In this document: one piece after another, positions 10,746-22,009 of the stretch
Layout: every line of letters starts with the position of its first letter
Position numbering within the stretch: position 1 is the first letter of the stretch
NCBI GenBank assembly: GCA_963703315.1
Contig: OY969811.1
Coordinates: forward strand, 2,752,001 to 2,816,000
Source: an uncultured cyanobacterium
Lineage (GTDB): Bacteria; Cyanobacteriota; Cyanobacteriia; Pseudanabaenales; Pseudanabaenaceae
Length of the DNA stretch: 64,000 bases
Direction of reading: 5' to 3'
Translations under genes and position numbers: made by a program
The notes under the pieces: generated by a model
Databases searched by the model: none
What the model was told of the DNA's origin: nothing
What the model saw: the letters and a program-made list of their open reading frames with translations, nothing else

Positions 10746-13700
10746 TCACTGCCCTCGCAATAGTTCTTGAATAGAATTAGATAGATTTCGCAAGCGCACA
10801 GGCTTGGTTATGTACTTGTTAGCTCCTGCCTCTATACATTTTTCGTGATCGCCAGTCATTGCTAAAGCCGTCAGTGCAATAATCGGAATCTCAACCAATT
10901 CAGGATCAAGGCGAATTTGTTTAATTGCTTCCATCCCATCCATAACTGGCATCTGGATATCCATCAAAATCAAGTCGGGATGCTCCGCTTTGGCAAGATC
11001 GATCGCTTCTTGTCCATCAGTTGCCGATAAAATGCGGTAGCCCTTAGCTGTGAGGTAACTGGTGAATGTCGCAATATTAGCCTCGTTATCTTCTGCTAGC
11101 AAAATTAAGGGTGAAATTAGTCCTTCAGTTTGGCTTTGACCTATCTGAGACTGTCCTGACAAGTCCTGCTCAGTTTTTTCTTCGATTGCTGGGGAGTCGA
11201 TATGAATGGGAAGATTAATCGCAAAGCAACTACCGATTCCCAACTCACTTGTCAGTTCTACGTTTCCTCCATGAAGTTCGACAAACTTTCTGACTAAAGC
11301 CAAACCTAATCCCGTGCCATTATATTGACGGTTCAGCGCACTATCGATTTGGATAAAGGGCTGGAACAGTTTCTGTATGTTCTCTGCCGAGATGCCTATT
11401 CCCGTATCAATCACGGCTATCTTTATGTAATTTAGAGGCGTTAGATTAGTTGGACTACTTTCAATTTGAACTTGCGATACTTCTAAAGTGATTGTTCCTC
11501 CTTCTAGAGTGAATTTAACAGCATTATTGAGCAGATTGATTAAGACTTGTCGAATCCGCCTTTCATCTAGCATTATTTCTGGCAAATACTTAGGAATTCT
11601 ATGTATTAATTGAATTCGCTTGGTTAATGCTTGCTGCTTGATAAATGCTAAGCTCGACTTACAGAGACTGTCGAGATCTGTCGCTGTTATCTCTAGCGTG
11701 ACTTGTCCAGACTCAATTTTGGCAACATCGAGAATGTCATTAATCAATGCTAAAAGATGCGTACTGCTACTCTCAATGATTTGCAATGCTTTAAGCTGGC
11801 GCTCATTAATACTGCCAAATACTTCATCCTGTAGAACTTCATTCATTCCCAAAATCGAATTGAGCGGTGTCCGCAGTTCATGGCTCATATTGGCGAGAAA
11901 TTCGTCTTTGAGCTTAGTGGCACGGAGCAGTTCATCGTTAATTTTTTGGAGTTGCGCTTCAGCTTGTTTGCGATCGCTAATATCGCGAATAAAAAAGACT
12001 GCTTCGTCATTTCCACAGGGAGCAACACGCACTTCTTCATAGGTTAGATTTCCCCTAAGCACAATTTGCTGTTCATAAATTTGTAAAACTTGGGTAGTAA
12101 GAGCTTGCTGAAGGTGAAAAAAGTGAAGTTCTGCAATGTAAGAGGGCATAACTTCGTGAATGTTTTTACCAATTACGTGCTTCGGATCGATTAGATTTTT
12201 ATCTTGGGGTGACACCAAAAAATCCACATATTTACCTTGGCGATTAATTCGGAAAACGATATCTGGCAAAGCCAAGAGTGTGGCGCGAGCGCGTTCTTCA
12301 CTACGCTGTAAAGCTCTTTGCATGGTAAAGCGATCGCTAATATCCATCGCAATACCAAACAATCGCGTGCCTTGACTAACGGCATCCCAGACCGCTTCGG
12401 CTTTAATAAAAATATAGCCGTCGGAACCGTCAGCGCGAATAATTTGAATATCAACCTCAAAGTCTTTTTGATGCTGAATTGCATGTTCATTTAATAACTT
12501 CAGACAATCTCGATCATGGACGGCAATGTATTGAAAGAACTCTTCGTATGTTGGTGCGGGACGATTAGGATCAAGCCCAAAAATCTTGAAGATTTCTTCT
12601 GACCAAGTAAATTTGAGGGTAAGAGCATCTAGCTCCCAACTACCAAGATGGGCGATTTGTTGCGCTTCTCGCAGACGAGATTCACTTTGCTGTAATGCCT
12701 CAGTGCGTTGTTGCACGCGATCTTCTAGTTCTCGATTTATCTGCTCTAGGGTTTGATTAGCCTGTTCGCGCTCGATCGCAATTTTGACGATATTGGCGGC
12801 AAGGGCAATTACTTCTAGCTCTTGTATCTGTGGATTGTGGATCTTTTTGTGATAGACAGCAATGGTAGCGAGAACTAGACCATTGCTAGCGATCGCAGGA
12901 AATGACCAACATGCTTGCAGATCGTGAGCCAAGGCTAATTCTTTAAAATCTTGCCAAAGTGGGTCGGTAGCAATATCAGAAACAACCACAGGCTCTTTGC
13001 GAAAAGCTGCTGTTCCGCAGCAGCCAAGACCTTCGCCAATGGAGAGTGTCTTGAGCGCCTGATTGTAAGCTTCGGGTAAATTGGGAGCTGCATTAAGATA
13101 GAGTTTGTTTTTGTGATGATCGCACAGTGAAATAGAACATATTGCGCCCTCAATTTGCGATTCTATAGAAAGCACTAAAGCCCCAAGAATATTGACTAGA
13201 GGCTCCCCCTTGGCGATGCGTCTCATGATCGAATTTTGCATCTCTACTCGCAATTCAGCTTGTTTGCGATCAGTAATGTCTAAATGCGTACCGATCATCC
13301 GTATCGGTTTATCTGCTTCCCATTCAACCACACTTCCCTGAGTCAATATCCAAACCCAAGCACCAGACTTGTGGCGCATCCGTACTTCGCATTCATAATG
13401 ACTAATTTCTTTGCGGAAGTTCCTTTCTAGCGCTAAATTAACCATCTCTAAATCTTCTGGACAAACATACATTTCCCAAGTTTCAATACTAATCGGTTCT
13501 AACTCTGCGATCGTATAACCAATTATTTCTGCCCACCGCTCATTGACAATTAAAATTCCTGTCTGAACTAACCAGTCCCACAGTCCGATCCCTAAACCTT
13601 CTATCGCCATTTGCGAGCGTTCTTTGACTCGATCCAGCTCAACTTTTGCGCGTTGCCGCTCTGAGCGAATTTGCACTTCGCGAATCTCTCGGCGGACTGT

Positions 13701-14045
13701 TTCGGGCAGGCGAGATAAGTTTCCTTTCATGAGGTAGTCATGAGCGCCTGCCTTCATGATTTCGACAGCCGCACTCTCGCCAATCTTGCCAGAAACGACA
13801 ATAAAAGGGATGTCAGGAGCTATTTGCCGAGCGATCTGGAGCGCCGCAGATGCATCAAATTTAGGTAAGTGATAATCAGAAATAATCACATCCCAAGCAA
13901 ATCCAGATAAAGCACTGTGCAGTTCTTCCGCCGTTTCTACTCTTTCTAAAACGGCATCAAACCCACCGCGACGCAGTTCTCGCAGAACTAAAATTGAGTC
14001 GTCCTCTGAATCTTCAATATTTAAAACTTTTAGGCTATCGGTCAT
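10746..14045 (-). CDS. hybrid histidine kinase REC-PAS-GAF-PAS-PAS-HisKA-HATPase-REC
   Basis: SDYHLP receiver, PAS/PAC repeats, GAF ([17 protein letters not shown]), [14 protein letters not shown]. Confidence 0.93.
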   Translation of the reverse strand: MTDSLKVLNIEDSEDDSILVLRELRRGGFDAVLERVETAEELHSALSGFAWDVIISDYHLPKFDASAALQIARQIAPDIPFIVVSGKIGESAAVEIMKAGAHDYLMKGNLSRLPETVRREIREVQIRSERQRAKVELDRVKERSQMAIEGLGIGLWDWLVQTGILIVNERWAEIIGYTIAELEPISIETWEMYVCPEDLEMVNLALERNFRKEISHYECEVRMRHKSGAWVWILTQGSVVEWEADKPIRMIGTHLDITDRKQAELRVEMQNSIMRRIAKGEPLVNILGALVLSIESQIEGAICSISLCDHHKNKLYLNAAPNLPEAYNQALKTLSIGEGLGCCGTAAFRKEPVVVSDIATDPLWQDFKELALAHDLQACWSFPAIASNGLVLATIAVYHKKIHNPQIQELEVIALAANIVKIAIEREQANQTLEQINRELEDRVQQRTEALQQSESRLREAQQIAHLGSWELDALTLKFTWSEEIFKIFGLDPNRPAPTYEEFFQYIAVHDRDCLKLLNEHAIQHQKDFEVDIQIIRADGSDGYIFIKAEAVWDAVSQGTRLFGIAMDISDRFTMQRALQRSEERARATLLALPDIVFRINRQGKYVDFLVSPQDKNLIDPKHVIGKNIHEVMPSYIAELHFFHLQQALTTQVLQIYEQQIVLRGNLTYEEVRVAPCGNDEAVFFIRDISDRKQAEAQLQKINDELLRATKLKDEFLANMSHELRTPLNSILGMNEVLQDEVFGSINERQLKALQIIESSSTHLLALINDILDVAKIESGQVTLEITATDLDSLCKSSLAFIKQQALTKRIQLIHRIPKYLPEIMLDERRIRQVLINLLNNAVKFTLEGGTITLEVSQVQIESSPTNLTPLNYIKIAVIDTGIGISAENIQKLFQPFIQIDSALNRQYNGTGLGLALVRKFVELHGGNVELTSELGIGSCFAINLPIHIDSPAIEEKTEQDLSGQSQIGQSQTEGLISPLILLAEDNEANIATFTSYLTAKGYRILSATDGQEAIDLAKAEHPDLILMDIQMPVMDGMEAIKQIRLDPELVEIPIIALTALAMTGDHEKCIEAGANKYITKPVRLRNLSNSIQELLRGQ

Positions 14046-14470
14046 AGTTTGCGAACCCTAGGATTTAATTCATTAATGACCGCCCAATAAAGCCCCAGTT
14101 GACTCACTGCCTCAGTGAACTTGTCAATTTCCACAGGCTTTCGCACATAGCTATTTGCCCCCAGATTATAGCTCTCAATAATATCACTCTCTTCACTGGA
14201 GGAGGTAAGTACAACCACAGGTAATAGTTTTGTGCGTTCATTAGCGCGAATCTGTCTTAATACTTCTAGTCCATCGACTTTCGGGAGCTTTAAATCTAGT
14301 AAAACGACACTTGGTAGAGGATTGGCATTTAAAACAATTGTTAAGGCTTCCTCCCCATTACGAGCAACAAGAATTTCGTTGGCAATATTGCCTCGGCGCA
14401 AAGCTCGAAGCGTCAATCTTTCATCGTCAGGGTTATCTTCAACTAAGAGAATTGGAGGTAGAGAAGTCAT
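14042..14470 (-). CDS. single-domain response regulator (Rcp1-like)
   Basis: LLVEDN, LLDLKLP, LTSS, NSYVRKP. Confidence 0.92.
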   Translation of the reverse strand: MTSLPPILLVEDNPDDERLTLRALRRGNIANEILVARNGEEALTIVLNANPLPSVVLLDLKLPKVDGLEVLRQIRANERTKLLPVVVLTSSSEESDIIESYNLGANSYVRKPVEIDKFTEAVSQLGLYWAVINELNPRVRKL

Positions 14471-16902
14471 TATTTAAGCTCCTGTGATGATGAATTAGGT
14501 AAGGTAAAGTAAATGGTTGCGCCTTTTTCGACGGCTCCTTCCGCCCAGACTGTGCCACCATGTCGATGAATTGCCCGTTGCACGGTGGCAAGCCCAATGC
14601 CAGTTCCTGCAAATTCATTAGTATTATGTAGGCGTTGAAAAACCCCAAAAAGCATCTTGGCATAGTTCATGTCAAAACCTGCTCCATTATCTCGCACAAA
14701 ATAAGTGAATTGTTCATCATCTTGTTGACTTTCTGAGGCATTCATACCAAATTCAATCAGAGCAGTGGGATGATGACTGGTAAATTTCCAAGCATTTTGG
14801 ATTAAGTTGCTAATCACCACTCGCATGAGGGTGGAATCGGCTGAGACCCAAACGTTAGGGGCGATCGCAGTTTCTACCTGTCTTTCTGGGTCTGTTGTTT
14901 GTAGTTCATCTAGCTGTTCTTGCACTAATATACTGAGGTTCACCTTCCGATATTCGATATCAGAGCGAGACACGCGGGATAAGCTTAGTAAGTCATCAAT
15001 CAACGTCCCCATCCGAGCTACATTTCTCCGAATTCGATCGAAGTAATCTTTAGCATCGGCATCAAATTTGTCGCCATAGTCTTCGAGTAAGGCTTGGCTA
15101 AAACCATCGATCGCTCGTAATGGCGATCGCAAATCGTGGGAAACCGAGTAAGCAAAAGCCTCTAGTTCAAGATTAGAGGCGGATAACTGGGCGGAGGTTT
15201 CCCTGAGCTTGGCTTCGGCTCGTTTCTGATTGGTGTTATCAATGTTTATTCCAATCATTCGGATTGCTTCACCCTGAGCATCACGCTGTACCAATGCATA
15301 AGCTCTGATAAAGCGAATCGTGCCATCGGGATGAATCACTCGAAATTCGGGGTCGTAGTCTTTTTCGCCTGTTAAAGCTTTTTGAATGGCGGTTTCGGCA
15401 ATGAGGCGATCTTCGGGATGCAGGCTACTCGCCCAAGCATCATAGACGCTTGTAAACCGATCTGGAGTAATGCCATAGAGTTCGTACATGCGATCGTCCC
15501 AAGTGAGAATATTCTCGGTGACGTTCCAATCCCAGATACCAATATTTCCAGATTTGACGGCTAAGGTCAGGCGATCGGAGAGGTCTTGTAATTCTGCTTC
15601 AGCTTGCTTGCGATCGGTAATATCTAGAACTGTACCGATCAGTTTCGCAAATTGATTTTTAGCATCCACAATTGGTTCTCCCCTTGCTAAGAAGTAACCG
15701 AATGAGCCATCACAGCGATAGAATCGAACCTCAAGGTCATAGGATTGGATAGTAGCAATAGCTGTCTGTACTACTTGCTGATGATGGGCGCGATCGTCAG
15801 GATGGATCTGCTCTTGGAGTTCATCAAAACTAGGAGTTCCCATTGCGGGATCGCGACCAAAGATGTGAAATACCTCATCCGACCAAATAACCTGTTCAGC
15901 ATATGGATCGAACTCCCAACTGCCCAATTTAGCAATGCGCTGTGCAGTTTTTAGGTGAATATCGCTCTTCCGCAACTTTTCTTCAGATAGCTTGCGATCG
16001 CTAATATCTTGGGCGACACCTAAAAAGCCAATAATTTGTTGATCGACATCCTTCAGAGCTGTAACAGATAGCAACACAGGAAACCGAGAACCATCTTTGC
16101 GTATGTAAGTCCATTCATCTTCACTAGCAATACCTAGACGAGCTTTGGCGACAAAAACCTCAAAGCCGACAGGAATATCTCGATCAAGTTCAACAGAAAG
16201 TATGGCTGCCTTATCAATTATTTCCTGAGGCTCATGAATAATTGCTGGCGAGACTTTACCAATTACTTCACTAGCACTATAGCCAAGCATTCTCTCAGAT
16301 GCATTATTAAAGGTCTGAATTACGCCATTTAAATCGGTGGTAATAAATGCATAATCAGCACCATCAAGAATAGCTTTTTGCAAATTATTAACTTGCCAAA
16401 GCGCTTGGGTACGTTCTTCGACCTTGGCTTCTAGCTGTTGATTTAGTTGCTGTAGAGCAGCCTCGGATTGTTTGCGATCGCTAATATCTGTAATCGTGCC
16501 GATATAGCCAATAATTTCGCCTGTCTCATTTCGTTCTGACACCGCCTGTCCATACGCCCAAGTAATTTCCCCTGCTTGATTTTGAAGCCGATACTCAAGT
16601 TGGAATGGACGTTTTTCTTGAATAGCGGCATTCCACTCCATCGCCACAAGATCGCGATCGCTGGGATGAATACCATTTATCCAGCCAAGCCCTGCTGCCT
16701 CCTCAGGCGTAAGTCCCGAAATTTGACACCAGCGATCGTTCACATAGAGGCAGTTACCAAGAACGTCAGTACGATAAATTCCTACAGGTGCAGATCTGAT
16801 CAGCGAGATAAGCGTTTGTTCGCTTGCCGACATCAAGTCATTTGCGGAGAAGCTATTTTCAGGGGTAGACATAATATTGTGTAATCCAAAAAATACAGGC
16901 AA
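14470..16902 (-). CDS. multi-PAS sensor histidine kinase (Cph1-type kinase core)
   Basis: Four PAS/PAC domains, [25 protein letters not shown]; start may be ATG at 16872. Confidence 0.92.
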   Translation of the reverse strand: MPVFFGLHNIMSTPENSFSANDLMSASEQTLISLIRSAPVGIYRTDVLGNCLYVNDRWCQISGLTPEEAAGLGWINGIHPSDRDLVAMEWNAAIQEKRPFQLEYRLQNQAGEITWAYGQAVSERNETGEIIGYIGTITDISDRKQSEAALQQLNQQLEAKVEERTQALWQVNNLQKAILDGADYAFITTDLNGVIQTFNNASERMLGYSASEVIGKVSPAIIHEPQEIIDKAAILSVELDRDIPVGFEVFVAKARLGIASEDEWTYIRKDGSRFPVLLSVTALKDVDQQIIGFLGVAQDISDRKLSEEKLRKSDIHLKTAQRIAKLGSWEFDPYAEQVIWSDEVFHIFGRDPAMGTPSFDELQEQIHPDDRAHHQQVVQTAIATIQSYDLEVRFYRCDGSFGYFLARGEPIVDAKNQFAKLIGTVLDITDRKQAEAELQDLSDRLTLAVKSGNIGIWDWNVTENILTWDDRMYELYGITPDRFTSVYDAWASSLHPEDRLIAETAIQKALTGEKDYDPEFRVIHPDGTIRFIRAYALVQRDAQGEAIRMIGINIDNTNQKRAEAKLRETSAQLSASNLELEAFAYSVSHDLRSPLRAIDGFSQALLEDYGDKFDADAKDYFDRIRRNVARMGTLIDDLLSLSRVSRSDIEYRKVNLSILVQEQLDELQTTDPERQVETAIAPNVWVSADSTLMRVVISNLIQNAWKFTSHHPTALIEFGMNASESQQDDEQFTYFVRDNGAGFDMNYAKMLFGVFQRLHNTNEFAGTGIGLATVQRAIHRHGGTVWAEGAVEKGATIYFTLPNSSSQELK

Positions 16903-17054
16903 AAGTCAGGAATTATTTCTTATTTTACCCCCTACACCTTTAACCATTTGAAAAATTTTGAGAATTATTTGAAAAATTTTTATGTTAAATTCTGTCTTCC
17001 TGTCGAACATCATGCTGTGGCTTTAGCTTTATGTCATGAATTGGTTGGTGATAT

Positions 17055-17145
17055 CTATAACATCTTGAGAATAATTGCAGCCAGATCCTTCAATTTCATA
17101 GGTTTACTTAAATATGCATTTGCCCCTGCTTCTAAGCAGCGATCG
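17055..17145 (-). pseudogene. detached C-terminal fragment of the 18436-21969 kinase
   Basis: Reverse strand reads DRCLEAGANAYLSKPMKLKDLAAIILKML*, continuing the receiver cut at ...TGDRDRC. Confidence 0.92.
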
Positions 17146-18438
17146 TAGGGCAACCGCACACGTTTCTTAACAAACTAGCGAACATTTCTTAACGAGGAAA
17201 AAAGGGAGAAACGGGAGAATTGAGGATATTTAGAAAGATAAGTCCAAAATGCTAGCAACAGTCAGTCCCGTCGGATTAATCGAAACCCACTTTGGGAACT
17301 TGCAAGATCCCAGAGCAGCACACAGTATCCTGCATAAGCTACTCGACATATTGATAATCACGATTTGTGCAGTGATCTGTGGAGCCGATAACTTCGTAGC
17401 AATCGCCGAATATGGCAAAGAGAAAGAAGAATGGTTAAAGACATTTTTGGAATTAGCAAACGGCATACCGTCAGTAGATACATTCGAGAGATTATTTGCG
17501 AGACTGAAGCCAGAAGCATTGCAAAAAAGCTTTATTAGCTGGATGGAAGCAGTCCATGAATCCACCGACGGAGAATTGATAAACATAGATGGCAAAACCC
17601 TGAGAGGAGCAAAGGAAGCAGGAAATTCGCGTAGTCTGATTCATATGGTGAGTGTGTGGTCAGCATCACAACATTTGGTATTGGGACAGCAAAAAGTGGA
17701 CGAGAAATCCAATGAAATAACAGCGATTCCATCATTGCTAAAAATGTTAGCGATACGAGGTTGTGTGGTGAGCATAGATGCAATGGGATGTCAGACCGAA
17801 ATCGCGAAAACAATCATCGAAGAGGGAGCAGATTATGTGTTAGCACTGAAAGGCAATCAAGGTAATCTCCATAAAGATGTGCGTGAACTATTTACCTCTG
17901 CACGAGAACAGAACTTCAAAAATATTGAACATCAGTTCTATGAAACGGTTGAGAAAGGACATGGGCGCATTGAAACTCGTCGCTATTGGACAATGGGTAA
18001 TACCGAATACTTAATCGGTGCAGAGAAATGGATAGGTTTGAAAAGTATTGGTATGGTTGAATCAGAGCGCATTATAAATGGAATTATTTCTACTGAGCAG
18101 CGATACTATCTGCTTAGTCTTGAGAGTGATGTCCACAGATTTTCCCAATCTGTCAGAAATCACTGGAGTATTGAAAATCAACTACATTGGATTCTTGATG
18201 TTGGTTTTGGTGAAGATGCTTCGCAATCCTGCCGAGGCTATATTGCCGAAAACTTGGCTGTTATACGTCATATCAGTTTAAATTTGTTGTCAAGAGATAA
18301 AAACAGTAAGGTCGGTGTCAAGACAAAACGTCTTAAAGCTGGCTGGAACAACAACTATCTTAAGGATATCCTGAGTACCTTAAACATAGTCGCTGTCTAA
18401 ATCTCGTTAATTGTTAAGAAACGTGTGCGGTTGCCCTA
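17146..18438 (+). mobile_element. ISAs1-family insertion sequence, 1293 bp
   Basis: 28-bp TIRs TAGGGCAACCGCACACGTTTCTTAACAA / TTGTTAAGAAACGTGTGCGGTTGCCCTA; 10-bp TSD GCAGCGATCG at 17136-17145 and 18439-18448. Confidence 0.96.
17249..18400 (+). CDS. ISAs1-family DDE transposase
   Basis: INIDGKTLRG, KSNEITAIP, SIDAMGCQ, HWSIENQLHW. Confidence 0.96.
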   Translation: MLATVSPVGLIETHFGNLQDPRAAHSILHKLLDILIITICAVICGADNFVAIAEYGKEKEEWLKTFLELANGIPSVDTFERLFARLKPEALQKSFISWMEAVHESTDGELINIDGKTLRGAKEAGNSRSLIHMVSVWSASQHLVLGQQKVDEKSNEITAIPSLLKMLAIRGCVVSIDAMGCQTEIAKTIIEEGADYVLALKGNQGNLHKDVRELFTSAREQNFKNIEHQFYETVEKGHGRIETRRYWTMGNTEYLIGAEKWIGLKSIGMVESERIINGIISTEQRYYLLSLESDVHRFSQSVRNHWSIENQLHWILDVGFGEDASQSCRGYIAENLAVIRHISLNLLSRDKNSKVGVKTKRLKAGWNNNYLKDILSTLNIVAV

Positions 18439-21400
18439 GCAGCGATCGCGATCGCCTGTCATCGCCAGAGCCGTAAGTGCAATAATCGGAATATTTGCCG
18501 TTTCTGGATTAGCTCGAATTAGTTTGATTGCCGTCAAACCATCCATTTCAGGCATTTGAATATCCATCAATATAATATCTGGCTTTAAAGCGATCGCCAT
18601 ATCCACAGCTATTTTCCCATTAGACGCGGTACTTACTTGATAACTCCTACCTTCTAAATAACTACGGGTGGTTTCCACATTGGCAGTATTATCGTCAGCA
18701 ATAAGAATTGTATAAGGGGTATCTCTATTGCCTGAGTGTTCTGAAGGTTCAGATATCGCAGATTGTAGGTCTATTGGATGATTAGTAGATGAATTAGTTT
18801 GGTATGGAATCCTAATCATAAATTTGCTGCCTTTGTTGAATTCACTTTCAAGCCCAACTGAGCCTCCATGCATTTCCACGATCTTTTTCACCAAAGATAA
18901 ACCTAGCCCAGTACCTCCGTACTTACGATTGAGAGCGCTATCGATTTGGACAAAGTTTTGAAAGAGCTTATCGATATCTTCTGATTTAATACCAATGCCT
19001 GTATCGATTACGAGAAAATCAATATAAACTTTGTTCTCTCCCTCTTCACCAGCAATTTCAGTCAGTTTGACTTCCAAAGTGACATTCCCGCCATCGGGTG
19101 TGAACTTTACAGCATTTGTGAGTAGATTGATTAATGCTTGACGCATCCGTAATTCATCAACTTGAATATAAGCAAATTGAGTTTGTTTGACGCGATCGGG
19201 AATATTGAAAATTAGTTGAATATTCTTTTTATGAGCTAGTTGTTTTATAAAAACAAAACTATCACTACAGAGTCTCTCTATCCCTGTGTTTTCAATATGT
19301 AATTCCAATTTTCCAGATTCTATTTTAGCAAGATCGAGAATATCCGTGATCAGTGCTAATAAATGCTGACCGCCAGATTCAATAGTATTAACTGCTTTTT
19401 TTTGTCGATCGCTTAATTCTCCCAAAATGCCATCTTGCAAAACCTCTGACATTCCCAAAATTGCATTTAGAGGCGTGCGTAATTCATGGCTCATATTGGC
19501 AAGAAACTCGTCCTTGAGTCGGGTTGCTCTAGCTAGTTCAATATTTGCGAGAGCTAGGCTGTCATTATTTTTTTCTAGTTGTATTTCGATTTGTTTGCGC
19601 TCTTCCAGTTCTAATTGAGCTTGATGATATAAATCGGCTTGTTGAATGGCGATCGCTAGTTGTGAAGCAATCTGAGTTGCTAAATCGATCTCAATCTGTT
19701 GCCATTGACGAGGGTGAGAACATTGATTGATGCATAGCAATCCCCATAGGGTTTCACCTTTTAAGCCTTGGAATATGGGAACTACCAGTTCGGCACGGAC
19801 TTGAAAATGCTGGAGAATCGCTAGATGTGAGTCTGGTAGCGCAGATGCGTTGATATCGGAAATATGCTCTATTTTGCCAGATTGGTAATAAGGGGCAAAC
19901 TTAGGGCCGCAGTCATTCTTAATTGACTCTTCATACATACTGATTGAGCATTCCCTCATTTCTTCAGCAACAAACACACCATCACTAAGATTGGATTCGG
20001 GATCGAAACAGAAAATACTCACTCGTTCGACCTTGAGTAATTGTTGCAGTTCTGAGACTACGGTATTAAAAATAATTGGCAACTCAATGGATTCGCGGAT
20101 ACGTTGGGTTATTTCTCGTAAAGACTTCTCCCATTCGGCTCGTCTAACGATCTCGGCTTCTGCTTTTTTGAGATCAGTGATATCAATGGCGATCGCAACT
20201 ACAACATCATCATCGCTATGATCCTCAATGATCGCGCCACTCAGCAATACAGGAACTCGACTCCCATCCTTCCGAATATATTCCTTTTGATAGGGCCTGG
20301 TAAAACCGAATTCATGTAATTCCTGTATGGCAGTCTCATCAAGATGCTGAAACTCAGACGGAGTAATCTCATCCCAACGCAATAAGCCATTTTCCATATC
20401 TTCAGGAGTATAGCCAATCATCTGCAAAAAACGACTGTTGGCGCTGAGTATTTTCCCAGTTAATGTCGCGATTAAAGTTCCTGCGGCATCGGACTCAAAT
20501 AAGCGGCGGAACCGATGCTCACTGTTCTTAAGTTCGGTAGTGCGTTGTTCGACCCGAAATTCTAATTCGTGATTTAGCTGGTTTAGGGCATATTCGGCTT
20601 GTTCTTTTTCATATAGTTCGATTTGCAACTGATGATAGAGAGAGGCTTGGGAAATGGCGATCGCCAACTGATTGCTGACCTGATGAAAAAACTCTATTTC
20701 CCAATCCTGCCAATGGTGTTCGGTATGATGATGGGCAACTAGTAAACCCCAGAGGCTATTTTCATTCTTGAGAACTGGCGCAACTAATTTTGCTTTGACA
20801 CCCAAACTATGCATAAATTCATTAAGACAGGGAGCCATTTCATAATTATCGCAATTATCGACATGATGCACTTTGCCTTCGATATAGATTTGGTAGGTCT
20901 CGCGAGGAAATACTTCCGAAGAGAATACAGTGCCTAAGACTTTATCTAAATTTTCATTTACCGATTCCGCAACGGCTTTCCCTGTGCCATCGTCAAATAT
21001 TTGATAGGCTAAAACTCGGTCAATGCCCAAAATTCGCATTAATTCTTGAACTGTCGTATCTAGTATTTGAGAGAGATCTAGAGACTGGCGAATATTGAGC
21101 GTTAATTCAGACACCATTCTCTCTCGTTCGATCTGCTGGAGCAACTCTAATTCTGCTTGCTTGTGGAGCGTAATATCTTCTTTGACAGCTACATAATGGG
21201 TTATTTTACCATCACCATCTTTAATTGACGAAATTGAAGCCTGTTCCCAATAGAATTCGCCATTACGTTTTTTATTATGGAATTCTCCATGCCATTCAAG
21301 TCCATTGGAGAGCAGTTTCCACATATGGGCATATTCTTGAGGATGGGTTTCGCCTGATTTAAGGATACGCGGATTTTGACCGATTACATCTTCTGATGTA

Positions 21401-21969
21401 TAACCTGTTACTTCCTCAAATTTAGGATTTACATATTCAATATCCCCTTGCACATTTGTAATTATAATCGAGGCAGGGCTTTGTTCTGACACCTTAGACA
21501 GGATTCTAATTTGCGCTTCTGCTGCTTCCCGTTGAGCGATTTCTGCTTGAAGTTTTTGGTTTTGTTCAGCTAGGTCTTGACTGAGGTAACGCAGTTGTAA
21601 ATGCAACTCTAATCTAGCAATTAGTTCTTCTTCTTGAAATGGTTTGGTAATATAGTCTACTGCACCAAATTTAAGCCCTTTAACCTTATCGGCAGTACTG
21701 GCGAGCGCCGTCATAAAAATGATGGGAATATCACGAGTAACTTCAGACTGCTTAAGTCGTTGACAAGTTTCAAATCCATCAATTTCGGGCATGAGAATAT
21801 CTAGCAAGATCAGATCGGGCAGAGATTTGGTGATTTTTTGAATTCCACTCAGTCCATCCATCGCCACTAAAGTTTTATAGCCAAATGATTTTAAAGTCTC
21901 AGATAGAACCTTAACATTTGAGGAATTATCATCAATGATAAAAATGACTGGTGGCGTTTGAGATGACAT
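18436..21969 (-). CDS. hybrid histidine kinase REC-PAS-GAF-PAS-GAF-HisKA-HATPase-REC, truncated at the C-terminus by ISAs1
   Basis: DILMP receiver, PAS GQNPRILKSG, two CBCR-like GAFs, MSHELRTP; stop codon supplied by the IS end. Confidence 0.92.
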   Translation of the reverse strand: MSSQTPPVIFIIDDNSSNVKVLSETLKSFGYKTLVAMDGLSGIQKITKSLPDLILLDILMPEIDGFETCQRLKQSEVTRDIPIIFMTALASTADKVKGLKFGAVDYITKPFQEEELIARLELHLQLRYLSQDLAEQNQKLQAEIAQREAAEAQIRILSKVSEQSPASIIITNVQGDIEYVNPKFEEVTGYTSEDVIGQNPRILKSGETHPQEYAHMWKLLSNGLEWHGEFHNKKRNGEFYWEQASISSIKDGDGKITHYVAVKEDITLHKQAELELLQQIERERMVSELTLNIRQSLDLSQILDTTVQELMRILGIDRVLAYQIFDDGTGKAVAESVNENLDKVLGTVFSSEVFPRETYQIYIEGKVHHVDNCDNYEMAPCLNEFMHSLGVKAKLVAPVLKNENSLWGLLVAHHHTEHHWQDWEIEFFHQVSNQLAIAISQASLYHQLQIELYEKEQAEYALNQLNHELEFRVEQRTTELKNSEHRFRRLFESDAAGTLIATLTGKILSANSRFLQMIGYTPEDMENGLLRWDEITPSEFQHLDETAIQELHEFGFTRPYQKEYIRKDGSRVPVLLSGAIIEDHSDDDVVVAIAIDITDLKKAEAEIVRRAEWEKSLREITQRIRESIELPIIFNTVVSELQQLLKVERVSIFCFDPESNLSDGVFVAEEMRECSISMYEESIKNDCGPKFAPYYQSGKIEHISDINASALPDSHLAILQHFQVRAELVVPIFQGLKGETLWGLLCINQCSHPRQWQQIEIDLATQIASQLAIAIQQADLYHQAQLELEERKQIEIQLEKNNDSLALANIELARATRLKDEFLANMSHELRTPLNAILGMSEVLQDGILGELSDRQKKAVNTIESGGQHLLALITDILDLAKIESGKLELHIENTGIERLCSDSFVFIKQLAHKKNIQLIFNIPDRVKQTQFAYIQVDELRMRQALINLLTNAVKFTPDGGNVTLEVKLTEIAGEEGENKVYIDFLVIDTGIGIKSEDIDKLFQNFVQIDSALNRKYGGTGLGLSLVKKIVEMHGGSVGLESEFNKGSKFMIRIPYQTNSSTNHPIDLQSAISEPSEHSGNRDTPYTILIADDNTANVETTRSYLEGRSYQVSTASNGKIAVDMAIALKPDIILMDIQMPEMDGLTAIKLIRANPETANIPIIALTALAMTGDRDRC

Positions 21970-22009
21970 ATTATTCGCGCTCTTGGTGTGTTGGGGGAAT
22001 GGAGAAATA

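Noticed and set aside
16948..17148. 66-aa plus-strand ORF
   Set aside because: Antisense to the stranded kinase fragment; no recognisable features
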